Shown one piece after another: positions 1 through 11,603 of a stretch of DNA of 64,000 nt. Each line of letters starts with the position of its first letter. Position 1 is the first letter of the stretch. The notes beneath the pieces are model-generated. The model was not told the DNA's origin and ran no database searches. It was given only the letters and a program-made list of their open reading frames with translations. Source of the DNA: Pseudogymnoascus verrucosus (lineage: Eukaryota). Position numbers and translations under genes: made by a program. The DNA lies in NCBI GenBank assembly GCA_001662655.1, contig KV460228.1; one strand, written 5' to 3'.

Positions 1-1179
1 AGAGTTTTGCCGCCGCCGAACTTGCATTCGTCGCCATATGATGTCAGGTCTTTCTCTACCTTTATCCACAAGTCCGTGTCGCCGAGTCTGATCTTGTCGC
101 CCACAGTGGGACCAAACATGCTTGCATATACAGATCTATCAAGCTCGAAGGGCTTGATGTGAGCCGCGTCGCCTGCAGGCTCGAGAATGTTTCTAAAGTT
201 TCCGGCTTCAATGTTCTTCAAGATCTCATCTGTGCGAGACAAATCGAAGACTCCCGAAGCGATGTTATTGCCGCCGCGTACAATTTTGCGTCCTGCAATC
301 TCTACTAGAGTCACTGTCTTCTCGTCGCCTGCCTCAAAACGGATGGATGTTCCTGCGGCTATGTCCAACCGATATCCGTAGGATCGTATGCGATCGAATT
401 CGAGATGGGGGTTCGTCTCGATAAAGTGGTAGTGTGATCCGACCTGTGGCGCGGTTAGCATTTTAGGTTAAGGGCCATTGACTCTTCTTATTACCTGTAC
501 TGGTCGATCACCATGGTTTGTGACCTTGAGCTGGATCCTCTTCCGCCCTTTATTGATCGCGATCTTTCCTTTGACAGCGATGACTGCGCCAGGCATCTTC
601 TCAGCCGTGCATTCCTCATCTTCTGGTACTTTGAATAGGTCCGCGTCGGGGATTGGGAGGAAACTTCCATAGAGCGCCTTGTTCAAGTCTCCATCATCGC
701 TGCTAATTGGGGTCTGGACGGTAACGAGGTAGGTTCCCTGGGGAAAGGTGCCTTCGACCTGGATCTGCTTCAAGGTCGACACAACAGCAGGCAGCACATG
801 TCGCCGCCCCAGCATCGTCGTGCCAATCGACATGAGATCCGCGACATTGTGGTTGCCATCGCGAATGAGCTGTGCGGTCAATTAATATCCGAGATCCACC
901 ACACTACGGCGGCAAAAAAAAACACATACCTCTTGGAGATTGTTGGCAATAAGAGCCTGAGCGGTGTGTAACGTCAGTGCAAAGTCTCATATTCTGGTCT
1001 CGCGGCTCTACTTACACACGCTTCAGAATGGTTCAGTCTGACACCTCGCGCGAGTCGACGCTGGGCCAGCAACCCCAGCTGCGAGATAACGAGCTTGTCG
1101 ATCTGACAGCTGTTAGCAGACGTGTTATGAGGCCAGTTCCTGGCGATGCATCACTTACTTCGCGTGGAATTAAGTGCAT
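1..1179 (-). CDS. URE1: Urease (fused gamma-beta-alpha eukaryotic type), 5' part; continues beyond the left edge; several introns
   Basis: Spliced reading MHLIPRE|..[27 protein letters not shown]; gamma motif [15 protein letters not shown]; beta motifs [15 protein letters not shown] and [15 protein letters not shown]; alpha start [17 protein letters not shown]. Confidence 0.96.
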
Positions 1180-1224
1180 CTTCGACTGAGCAGCACAGCA
1201 GCTCCGCAAATTCGAGGTATTTAG

Positions 1225-1570
1225 ATCAAAGATAGGTACGAGGCTATGAAGCTATCACAGATTTGGTTCCCAAAGAAGTTCAATTCGTCTGGCGGAAGAT
1301 GGGGAACAAGAGCTAGAGAAGACTCCACTGTGCTATGTCATAGCTCCGCTCCGCCTAAACGTTGGTGGGGGGGACGGGCGATAAGGAATGACAGGGATGG
1401 GGATAACCACTTTCCAGTCCTGCCACCATGTTTTTAGTGTGCACGACCCAAAAAAAAGGCTTATAATCGGGAATCGGGAGACACAAAGCCACACCACGCG
1501 TTCCTTGTGCAACCATGGGAATCCCTATAGGGTAAAAACAGTTATCATTTTCCGAATTATCCTATCTCTT
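1225..1570. promoter_or_regulatory. Cluster of GATA elements upstream of urease (possible AreA/NIT2 nitrogen control)
   Basis: GATAG, CTATC, GATAAG, GATAAC and TTATC hits within about 400 bp of the start; fits nitrogen regulation of urease but the motifs are short. Confidence 0.4.
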
Positions 1571-1982
1571 CCCCTGGATTTCCGAGGACTTTGACTGGTT
1601 TTTTGTACGCTGCATGTATGTACAGTACATCTTTTCCCATTAGAATCCCTACCATCCCCCTCAACTCTCATACAGTATGTACCTGTCCAGTCTGTACACC
1701 GTGCTTGCTATGCGCTTCGCTCCGGAATGTCCCCAGGTGTCAAACCCTCCAAACCGGTCGATGCCGCTCGCTCCCAATAATCTACCTACCAAACCCAACC
1801 CTGCGCTCCAAAGATAAGTGCAAAACACCCCACAGACCCGTCTGTACCTCGAGTTTGCAGTAAAGACTGGTATCGCAAATTGAATAACTCGCTGTAAATC
1901 CTCCATCTGGTATCATGCGCCGTTTCAATCAAGACATAACCGTAAAACATCACTATAGTAATTATATGTACCGGCAAACTTA

Positions 1983-4025
1983 TCAGAGTGTCGGGAACAC
2001 CCTGTGGATAGCCCTTCTCCCTGTAGTTAACGCACGGTCAGCCGCTGTATTCAAATCTCCTGGCATGTGTAGGTGCAATTAACAGCCCATGGAATGGTCA
2101 ATACATACACTTCGGCCGTGGCCGTTCCTCGACTGCCTCCTCATTCACAACGGCAGTATTACTCATAAGTTCCTGACTCCTGAGTTCCACAATCGCCTGC
2201 CTACTTGTTCCTTCCGGGATATACGCCGGGCTGGGTGCGCTCACGGTAGCCGGAGTCGTGCTGTCTCGCCGAGGAGTAGATAGTTCTATACTTGAGACAT
2301 GGTGAGGTCCTCCAATACGCCGGCGATTAACCCAATGTCTTGCTCTGCTTCGCCAGTCGCCTGAATCCGGTGTCTCGGCATTTTCGTCCATGAGCCTTCC
2401 AATGCGTTCGCGACGGACCATCGAGTTGGTGATCACGGGCGGGCAGAACCCTATTGGAAGCGCGCTGGTCTTGCACATTGGGCAGAGAGAGCTGTTTTTG
2501 CTGAGGAAGTGGTCGATGCATTCTGGGTGGAAGATGTGCCCGCAGGGAAGTTCTCGGACTACAGCCTTCAGAGACTCGTAGTCGTCGAGGCAGATAGGGC
2601 AGGTCGGCTGGGACTGAGGCTGGTACATTTGCGGTTGGATTCTCAGCCCTGTCACTGGGTCGTTGATGACAGGAATGTTGAAGACCCCCTCCTCACTTGT
2701 GGCCCCCTTTGCTCCGGACGCCGGTGGCGCGGGGGTGTCCTCGCACATATAGATGTAAACCGGCATCTTCTGTATTGTTTCAACGGGCACGGTAAGGCGC
2801 TTGATGCCAAGAACCTCTAGGTTGACTTCGCCTGCGGCAATCCGTCGGCGTAGATTTTGTCTCCGTCGGCGCTGGATAAAGTGCATGAAGAATGAGGTCA
2901 ACATCAGGGCAGCGCCGAGTGATGCAATCGCTATAAGGAGGAAAACCCACAGCCCTGGTAAGGAGCCCGACGAAGAGTCCGTAGCTATCTGTGTATAAAC
3001 CCGAACAAAACTGTTGGTTTCCACACCTTCTAAATCGAGGACCTGTTTTCCAAATGGCACAGACGAGGAATTTCCGGAATATCGACTTAATTGATCCATC
3101 AAATTATTTCCATAGCTTCCTGGAACAGCGTAAACAGGGAAGCGGTGTGCTGCTTTCCATTGTCCACCATCATGCATATTCCAAACCGGCGAACTGATTG
3201 GTGGCGGCATGGTGTCCGCGTTATCAGTTGTATAGAAAATGAAGGCCTGGAGAGAGACCAGCGAGGCCATGTCCAGGAAGGACAGGCTGCATGTTGAGTT
3301 GATCCATGGCGCCAGCGCAATAAATTTAAGGTTTTCACCTGGGAAGTCTACCCTTCGAGCGGCAAGCGCTGGTATATGTTGTTTCGACAGGTTGAAGCAT
3401 GGATCCGTAGCAGCTAGGTCTGGAACATATAACAGCCCCTGGGCTCGTCCAGTTCCATCATTGCCATTTGTCGACAATGTTTGTATATTTTGACCTAGGG
3501 TGAGATTACTGACGCTGTTTAAATTATCCTAGTGGAGGTTAGATGGTTCGGATAGCATCATCAACCCGCCCTCAACTCACTGGAATATTCACAAGAACAT
3601 CGTCAAGGTTGACACCTGGGTTCAAAGTCGCAGGTTCCGGAAAAGAAATACTAAAGCCTCTATATTAGCATGCAGTCCAGGAAGAGACAGAAGGCGGCTA
3701 GATGTGGCCATCCCAACACAGCACAACGGGAACACATTTGTGAGTAACACCATAGAGGATCCCATTGTTCCAGCCGGCATTGTTCCAGCCGGTATTGCCG
3801 CACACAAAGGATCCCATCGCGGCGCTACCATATTTCGAACGGGCGGAATACATACACTGAGATCTTCATAGACTGGGCCGCTGCAAAACCGTTAGCATCC
3901 GCTACTTCCGTCATTCCGAAGAGATGACATTGTCCAATGCCCGAGTGCTGCTCTATACCAGGCGCATATTATGCGCCTTGAATGAGGCCAGACAAGTTCG
4001 ACTTAAGCAGCGTTTACTTACCCAT
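1983..4025 (-). CDS. Membrane RING-H2 ubiquitin ligase with lumenal PA-like domain
   Basis: TM helix GLWVFLLIAIASLGAALMLTSFF; RING-H2 CPICLDDY..LPCGHIFHPECID..CPMC. Small 5' exons reconstructed (near 4022-4025, 3856-3880, 3581-3650); last exon WRRAIHRVFPTL* ends at 1983. Start uncertain. Confidence 0.85.
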
Positions 4026-4855
4026 TATGAGCTGAAACCACAGCAGGGCGCGGAGGACGATGTGTTGGGGCGCATCAGTTGTCGAGTGGCTGTTGTGATG
4101 TGTAAGCGCCGTGAAATCTATGAGCCTCGAGGCGTCTCCTCCCACGATCAACGTCCGTATATATATGTAAAAGTATACAGATGATGCTCGATTGTCCTGA
4201 TCTTCACTATTGCAGTGGAAGCGTGGCACTGATGGATTGTGGAGCAGGCGGGGCGGGGGAGTTTAAGGTCGTGATCTTGAGACGTCGGAGCCGGCTGCAA
4301 CTGTTTGAAGTTCTTGGCAAAGCTTGTATGCTGCGGTCGATTGCAAAGCACGAGTAAGAAGACCAAATATCTCAGTCCCCCAACGTAGTTATATTTCTAC
4401 TAGTAATCCGCCGCCATTCCACGTCCTAAATACCAAATATTCTCATATTTCAGACTCATAGGTAATCTTCTGCTAGAGTACTCTAGATGTTCTGGCCAAA
4501 TTCTTTGTGTGACATCACTGTACCCTTGTTAGTAGTCTTTTGCGGGGAAGGGGAGTACCATACCCGTACTCTCGAAGCATCGGTGTCTTCAATCCAGGTG
4601 ACATGGCACGTGCGTGATGACTAAAGGTCGCCGGCGTGTCACCCACGTGATATGAACCACAGGCGACAAAGAGCATCGCGACAACACGCGCCTCTCAAAC
4701 CCCCCATTCTCCGAATCTCCTCAAATCCAATGGCCATTATAGCAACATACTATAACTCGTAAAGCTGAATTGCATCGTATTGCCGTATCCTGGATATACG
4801 GACATAGTCCAGGGCCGCCGCCTCCTCGCCGGAGCTCTACCCCGCCGCCGCCAGA

Positions 4856-6983
4856 ATGCCGCCACATCCACCGGCCCAGAAGGGCACTGGGAAACGCTCA
4901 GGGGGACACCGAGGAGAATCTCGAAGATCTCGCAGCCGTAACACCACGCCGAGCTCTGCGGGTGCCCCAGGCATCCTTGCGGGTACCGAGAGTGAATCCA
5001 GATATCTTGAGCTCACAATGATTCCATTCCCACAAGCCTCATACGACGACATCGTCGACCCCCAGATTGGCTCGTCGATTCCGGACTCGAAAGCCATCGA
5101 CACAATAATAGACTCAATCAATCGTCTTCTTGATGTTGCAGAAGCAAGAGGAAAAGTTTGTGACCGTGGAATGAGGTTACTTTCGGCTCAACGCAAAGAT
5201 CAAGTCGAAACCGAGCGCAGAGAACAAGAACGTGTAGACCGAGAAGCCGCAGACGAAGCTGCAGAACGCGGACGTCAAGCCAGCAAGATGAGAAAGAAGA
5301 AGGATTCGAGCAAGGCGAAGGAGGATAGACCATTGACTCATGGTGCCCATGTTCTTGCGCCTCAGGATGGTTCAAAGATTGGTAAGTGAATTCCAGTTTT
5401 CCGTGGTTGCCCATGCAGCTTGCTGGGTATCACCCATGATATCCTCAAAGGATACTCACCAGCTTTATCAATAAGAAACTAATTATATTACAGAGGGTGC
5501 TCCATCTGTATCGCCGGGAAGAGCTTCTCATAAGCCAGGTCGTGGTCGGTCGCGGGGTGTGTCGCGTGAAGCCTCCGCTAGTTCTTCTTTGTCCCCGGTC
5601 GAGCAAACGACACCACCACCCACAGGCGCAGCTGCTAAGAAAAAAGCGTCTGTTCCTACCATCCAGGTTGACGAAGACTCCAGCAGTGAAGACGAGCACC
5701 AACCACCTCCAGCTCCCGCAGTTCCACACATCATGACCTTTGGTGACGATCCCTGGAGCTATCCTGACCCAACTGAATACGAAATCCGCAAAGTAACTCC
5801 AGACATGCCTGAAGAGGAGATCAAGAAGATCTATTCCGTTGCGGAATATCCACACGATGACTTGCACGATCTGATTCCTGGCACCCCCCCCGACAAGGAC
5901 TTCAGCAACGCCAAGCCAGTGAACCAGGTTCAAGCCACTACCTTTGCAACCCACATGGAGGGGTATTTACGTCCTTTCACCGAAGAGGATCTTGCGTTCC
6001 TCCGCGACCGTGGTGATAGGGTCAATGATTTCATCATCCCACCTCGTGGCAAGAAGCACTACACTGAGATCTGGGCTGAAGAAGATGGCCTGGCTGACCC
6101 GCGTCAAAACCGTGACAAGCTTCCTGCCAACGAGCCACGCGGTTCCATTGAAGACCTTGATGAGGCCACCGCTGAGACAGACGAGATCTCTGTTGGCCCA
6201 GTCCTTGGACGCCTTTTGTCACTCCTCCGTCCAGAGAACAGAGCCCCACCTTCCGAGCAGAGCGCTGCCGCGAACGGAAATGTCGACTCCAACGCCGACC
6301 TCGACAGCTCCCTTGGCCTTGACCCCATGCCACTCGATCCACCAGCTGCGCCACTCCCCCCAGCAACCTACATGACCGAATCAACCACTGAGGGCTGGAA
6401 GAAGGCGAACCACCCAAAGTTGGACCACGTGCAAGTCGACGAGCGCGTCAAGCAGGAGCTCCGCTACATTGGCCTCATGCCTGAGAGTGCCGATCCTCAG
6501 TACGACAACGGCGAGGACGATGAGGTGTCCGCACGCCTGCGTCTCCTCACCGCCATGCTCAAGGAGAAAGTCATCGAGAACAACGCGCGGAAGGCGATCT
6601 TGATGGAAAAGGTCAAGGAACGCATGGCTCACCAGGAGTACTCCACCATCCTCGAGGATCTCGACAGCCAGGTCCAAGCATCCTTCTCTAAGCGCACCCG
6701 CACCATGGGCAAGAAGACCAAGGCCAAGCGACCAGGCGGCGCTGGAGGTGGGAGTCACGTGGCTTCTCAGGGCATGGCTAGGCCGGGCATTGGGGATGCT
6801 ACGAAGACGCTCATGGAGAGACGCAAGAAGTGGATTGAGAACATCGGTCCTGTCTTTGAGGGCGACACTGGTAGGGTTCCTCGCGCCGCCGATGAGGGCA
6901 GCAGCATCTTCACTGATGAGGCCATGGTCGAGTACATGAAGCGTGAGAGGGAGAACTGGGATGAAGAGGTCGATGATGAGTAA
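4856..6983 (+). CDS. NGG1: SAGA/ADA histone acetyltransferase complex subunit Ada3/Ngg1
   Basis: Intron 5382-5493 joins two ORFs in frame; motifs [51 protein letters not shown]. Confidence 0.93.
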
Positions 6984-7372
6984 TGATGCATTTTCAATGG
7001 GAGTTTAGGCGCTATAGATACCAGTCTGGTTCTGCCTGAACACACGAGCATATGAGCATATGGGTACTTTGTTGATGAGGATATCCTACATTCAACGCCT
7101 TCATAGTAAGAGTCAGAATAAGAAGGACAAAGTTGATTTTATATGCATTATAAGACTACGTGAAAACGCCAGTGAGACCTATCATAATGGACAACGCATT
7201 GGACTTTCTTCTATTGACATGTACATGCCCATCAACAGAGACCTATCATAAATGCAGCAGTTCATAAAGAATACTTCGATCTCAGAAATCATATTCTATA
7301 TCATCACCAGCCAACCCATTCTATAATATCTACCCACATTTCCAGACGCCCCTCCAAACACCTATCACCCCC

Positions 7373-8313
7373 CTACTCCTCTTCATCCTCATCCTCATCA
7401 TCACTCCCCTGCATGAACAGCGTCTTCTCCATCAACGCCAGCGTCGCCCTCAACGGCAACCCAACCACATTATCATATGCCCCCTCAATCCTGTCCACCA
7501 ACAGCCCTCCCATCCCCTGAATCCCATAACCCCCCGCCATCCCCACCGCCTCCCTCGTCTTCACATACGCAGAGATAAATTCATCGCTCGTCGTCTCATC
7601 AAACACTACCTTCGTCTCCTCAACCGAACTCTCCATATTATACCCCGGCGCCCTCGCGTCGTCGCGCGGCACAAGCACGCACACCGCCGTGTACACCTTA
7701 TGGGTTACCTGGTCGCGCAGCATGCGCAACATAGCGAGATGCTCTGCCTCTGAACGCGGCTTCTCGAGGATGCGACCCGAGGCCGTTACGACGACGGTGT
7801 CAGCAGCAATGACCATCGTCGGGTCCGGGATGGACTTCATCGAATTCGCAAGCAGCGTCTGGTACACATCGAGACACTTCTTCTGCGCAGTGCGGAGCAC
7901 GTAATCGAAGGCGCCGAGGGCGACCTTGTCGAGGTTCTCCGGCTTAGTCGAGGGCGTGATTTCGATGTTCGTGAGCCCAATCTATACCACGCGTTAGTAA
8001 CTCACTTTCATCTATTGGATTGGGCATGTGGTGGCTCGGGCGGACGGGGGTTCGCGGCGAGGGGAGGCGGGTTCGGTGTTGGAAGGAGGGGTAGGGGGGT
8101 GGAGACACATGCCTGACCGAGGAGTTGTTTGCGACGCGGGCTCGCTGAGGCTAGGACAACGCGCTTTCCCCGCAGTTGGGTGAGGACGGGGATGTCCAAG
8201 GGGAAGGGGCCGCGGGGGAGCGGCTTGGCCATTGGAGCCGCCGGCGTGACGTGCTGGGCGGCGGCATCTTCGTAGTTTGGAGGAGGCTCTAGGGGTATCT
8301 TGGAATCGGCCAT
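7373..8313 (-). CDS. Maf-like nucleotide pyrophosphatase
   Basis: VVLASASPRRKQLL, IAADTVVV, EKP, AGGYGIQG, NVVGLP motifs; one intron 7982-8112 with a GC donor. Confidence 0.92.
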
Positions 8314-8697
8314 GATCTGTTTGCTTTGATGGGATGTTCGGCGATGGGAAAGGCTGAGGATTTTCCCCTGTGGCGGGTTCGGTCGTCGCGGCACAAGGCT
8401 GAGCGAGCTGGTTGGTCTCAGGAACAAGATGACGCTAGGCTGGAAGGGGACTGGCGGGGTAAAGCCTTGCGGGGATTTGTGAACTTTCGTTGCATGTGAT
8501 CAATGCCCCATAACCGCGAGAGTCGATCCCAGAGCCGCTGAAGTGGCTAGATGTGGGAATTGGGCTTACAATCGACGACCGGTCTCCGGGTATACTCTAC
8601 ACCATTATTTCTCATATATAAGGGCATCGCCGGTATGTCCTTAGCGCATGAGTAACGCCCGTGCTACCTTGTTGAGACGAGCGCGAGGGCTGGCGCA

Positions 8698-9145
8698 ATG
8701 TCGTCTCCGGCGAATACATCACAAGCTGGGCGAGAGGCTTCGGCCAATGGAAGCGCAACGAGCAATGTGGACGATAAACCGAGACTTTCAGAGCATGAGA
8801 AGAAGGCGAACCATATCGCGTCTGGTGAGTGATGTCTATTCTTGCTTGCTGAGGCCGTGGCTGGCGCAATCTCATCTGCGCCGGCCACTGGTCAGGTGGC
8901 ACTGCATTTTCCTCGGCGCAACGGCTAACTTGCGATCTGCAGAGCAAAAGCGACGTCAGGCCATTCGAGAAGGGTTCGACAGACTTACCGAACTGGTGCC
9001 AGGATTAGAAGGACAAGGCAGGAGCGAAAGCATCGTGCTGAATAAGACGGTTTCATACATGCGACAACAACTACGAGAACGCGAGCAACTGGTGGAGAGG
9101 ATTGAGCAACTGGGGGGAAGCGTGAATGATGGATTCAAAAAATAA
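8698..9145 (+). CDS. Small bHLH(-zip) transcription factor, Ino4/Mlx-like
   Basis: Exon 1 ..EHEKKANHIAS, intron 8825-8942, exon 2 EQKRRQAIREGFDRLTELVPGL..SESIVLNKTVSYM. Confidence 0.9.
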
Positions 9146-9587
9146 CAAGATTCGATGATTGAAAGGACTACGGAGTTGGAATGGTTGGAATGGTTGGCCT
9201 GAACGGAGCAGCGGTGGAGGCTGTTTTTTATATACGTGTTGTATGAATACGGTGGCGGCACAGTGGGCACGGCGTTTTGAAGATATCCTACTTTGCTTTA
9301 TGAACTGTCAGCGTAATTCAAATGATCGTTCTCTACATTGTTGAAGGAATTGAACATGGGATAGCATGCTGGTGCATACCCCTTTAGAGACGGCGAAGTG
9401 ACTGGCGCAGACACCAGACCAACAAGGGCTCGAGCGCTTGCTTTTGATTGAACATTTACATTTACAGTACCGAGGATATAGTTTAAGCACCAATAGCCTT
9501 AAATTGACTGTTTGCATATATATTGATCATTTCATTTCCTTAGTGCTTACTTTGAGCTATCTATTTGGATATTACCCCAACAGCCGC

Positions 9588-10640
9588 TTACTCCTCCGCA
9601 ATCTTGAGGACCACCTTACCCAAGTACTTACCCTGGAGCATACCCAACCATCCCTCAGCCGCGTTATCAATACCATCCACGATGCCGAACTTCGTGACAA
9701 TCGACCCCTCCTTGATCCACTTGCTCACATTCTCATCGCGCTCCTTCGCATAAACAGGTCCCATATCTGGGTCTCCAACGATAAATCCGCGAATCGTCAG
9801 TCGCTTCGCGACGATCTGCATAAGGTTGCGGACGTGGTACTTCTTCTCATCTGGCAAGTTGTACTCGGCGACCATTCCGCAGCCGATGATGCGACCCTTG
9901 TCGTTCAAGGCGTCAATGGCGGCCTCGAGGTGCTCTCCACCGACATTCTCGTAGTAGATGTCGATTCCGTTCGGTGCTAGCCTCTTGAGTGCCTCGCCTG
10001 GCTTCTCGTTCTTGTAGTTGAAGCCCTCGTCGAACTTCAAGTCGTCCTTGATGAACTTCAACTTCTCATCCGAGCCTACAGATCCAATAACCGTCAATCC
10101 CTCGCGCTTGGCAAGCTGGCCAACAATCTGGCCAACAGCTCCCGACGCGGCAGAGATAAAGATCGTCTCTCCCTTCTTCGGCTTTCCAATGTCATAGAAA
10201 CTCGAGTACGCGGTCAAGCCAGGCATGCCGAGCGGGCCAGTGAACTCCTTCAGGTCGAGTCCAAGCGGGTTCTCGAGTTTCCTGATACCATACGCCTTCA
10301 GCGCCGCCTCCGACAGCGTGGAGTACTCCTCAATCGGCATGATCCCGATAACCAAATCGCCCTTCTTGTACTCTGGCAGCCCCGACGCCAGCACCGTTGC
10401 GATACCGCCGCCCTGCATGGGCTGGCCGAGTGTGAAGGGCGGGCTGTAGGACTTGACCTCCGGCTTGCGCATGCGGCCGCGCTGGTAGGGGTCGAAGGAG
10501 GCATAGATGTGCTTGAAGGTGATGGCGCCCTCGGGGGCTTTCTCGAGGTCGAAGTCGCGGGCCTCGACTTTGAAGTGCTTCCCTGGGACGGGAACGCCCT
10601 CTGGGGCTTCCTTGTAGATGAGGCCCTTGTTCTGAACCAT
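9588..10640 (-). CDS. NADPH-dependent enone/alkenal reductase (prostaglandin reductase-like, MDR family)
   Basis: SFDPYQRGRM, LGMPGLTAY, ISAASGAVGQIVGQLAK, GIDIYYENVGG; intronless; ATG at 10640. Confidence 0.93.
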   Translation of the reverse strand: MVQNKGLIYKEAPEGVPVPGKHFKVEARDFDLEKAPEGAITFKHIYASFDPYQRGRMRKPEVKSYSPPFTLGQPMQGGGIATVLASGLPEYKKGDLVIGIMPIEEYSTLSEAALKAYGIRKLENPLGLDLKEFTGPLGMPGLTAYSSFYDIGKPKKGETIFISAASGAVGQIVGQLAKREGLTVIGSVGSDEKLKFIKDDLKFDEGFNYKNEKPGEALKRLAPNGIDIYYENVGGEHLEAAIDALNDKGRIIGCGMVAEYNLPDEKKYHVRNLMQIVAKRLTIRGFIVGDPDMGPVYAKERDENVSKWIKEGSIVTKFGIVDGIDNAAEGWLGMLQGKYLGKVVLKIAEE

Positions 10641-11603
10641 TGCTGCGGTGTTTAGGGATCTAATGGGTGTGGTAGGCGGGGTAATTGGTGAGGCCGGAAT
10701 GCTTTGGCTTGCGGAATATGGTAGGTTCTTGGGTATGATAATGGGATAGATGACGACAGAGGGGACAGAGAAGCTTAATATATAACAGAGATCATTGATT
10801 ACAAAATGGACGAGGGGCGGCAGGTGTGGGACACGTCTCAAACCAAGCCACCAGCCAATACTTACAGCACTATTAGCTCATCAACTACGCGTGGCAACGA
10901 GCGGGACAATATCTCATGGTATGGAGACGGCAATTGTGGAAATCGATAAAACGTTGAGCTGCGGGGGTTTGGCTTTGTAATCCATTAGAACTGCATAGAA
11001 TGCAGGGCCATGTAAGTTACTATTTCTATTCTAGACGCGGGGAGTAGATAGGCCGTGGGTGACGTTTCTATCGTCGATTGTCTATGCAAAATAATGCGCC
11101 GAGGCTCATTGATATCAACCCCGCCATATGACGCAATGAATGACTAAACACATTGCAAAAAAATATCAACAACTCTCTCATATACGGACAGTGTCTATTT
11201 TCTTGGCGGCTTCGGATATAAACAAGTACGGCCGTATACCGTGAAGAATATTTCGATAAGGGGAGTATCTAATAAATTTGAAATCATGTTGGGATGCCGA
11301 GGTAGCATTTCGACAAGCCTTTGCCCCTGCATAGGCCCTGAGCGGCGGCACCGTAGTACAGTACAGTAAGCACCTAAACTTTGGGTCCTGCGATACGCGA
11401 CAATTTCTAGAATAGTCTGAGACAAAAATAAATTTTATATCTCTCACCGAACGTTCCACAAGTCGCGCTACGGTCCCCTCGGACGTCCGATGGAAAGAGT
11501 ACGGCAGTTGATTTCATCTGCCGAGAGCTGTCTATATGCAAGGGTAATATTTTTATAGTATTGTACAGTATTATCATGCCGAGGCTTATTTGTAGTACAA
11601 GCC

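Noticed and set aside
3768..3797. 15-bp tandem duplication CATTGTTCCAGCCGG
   Set aside because: Intronic slippage duplication with no sign of function.
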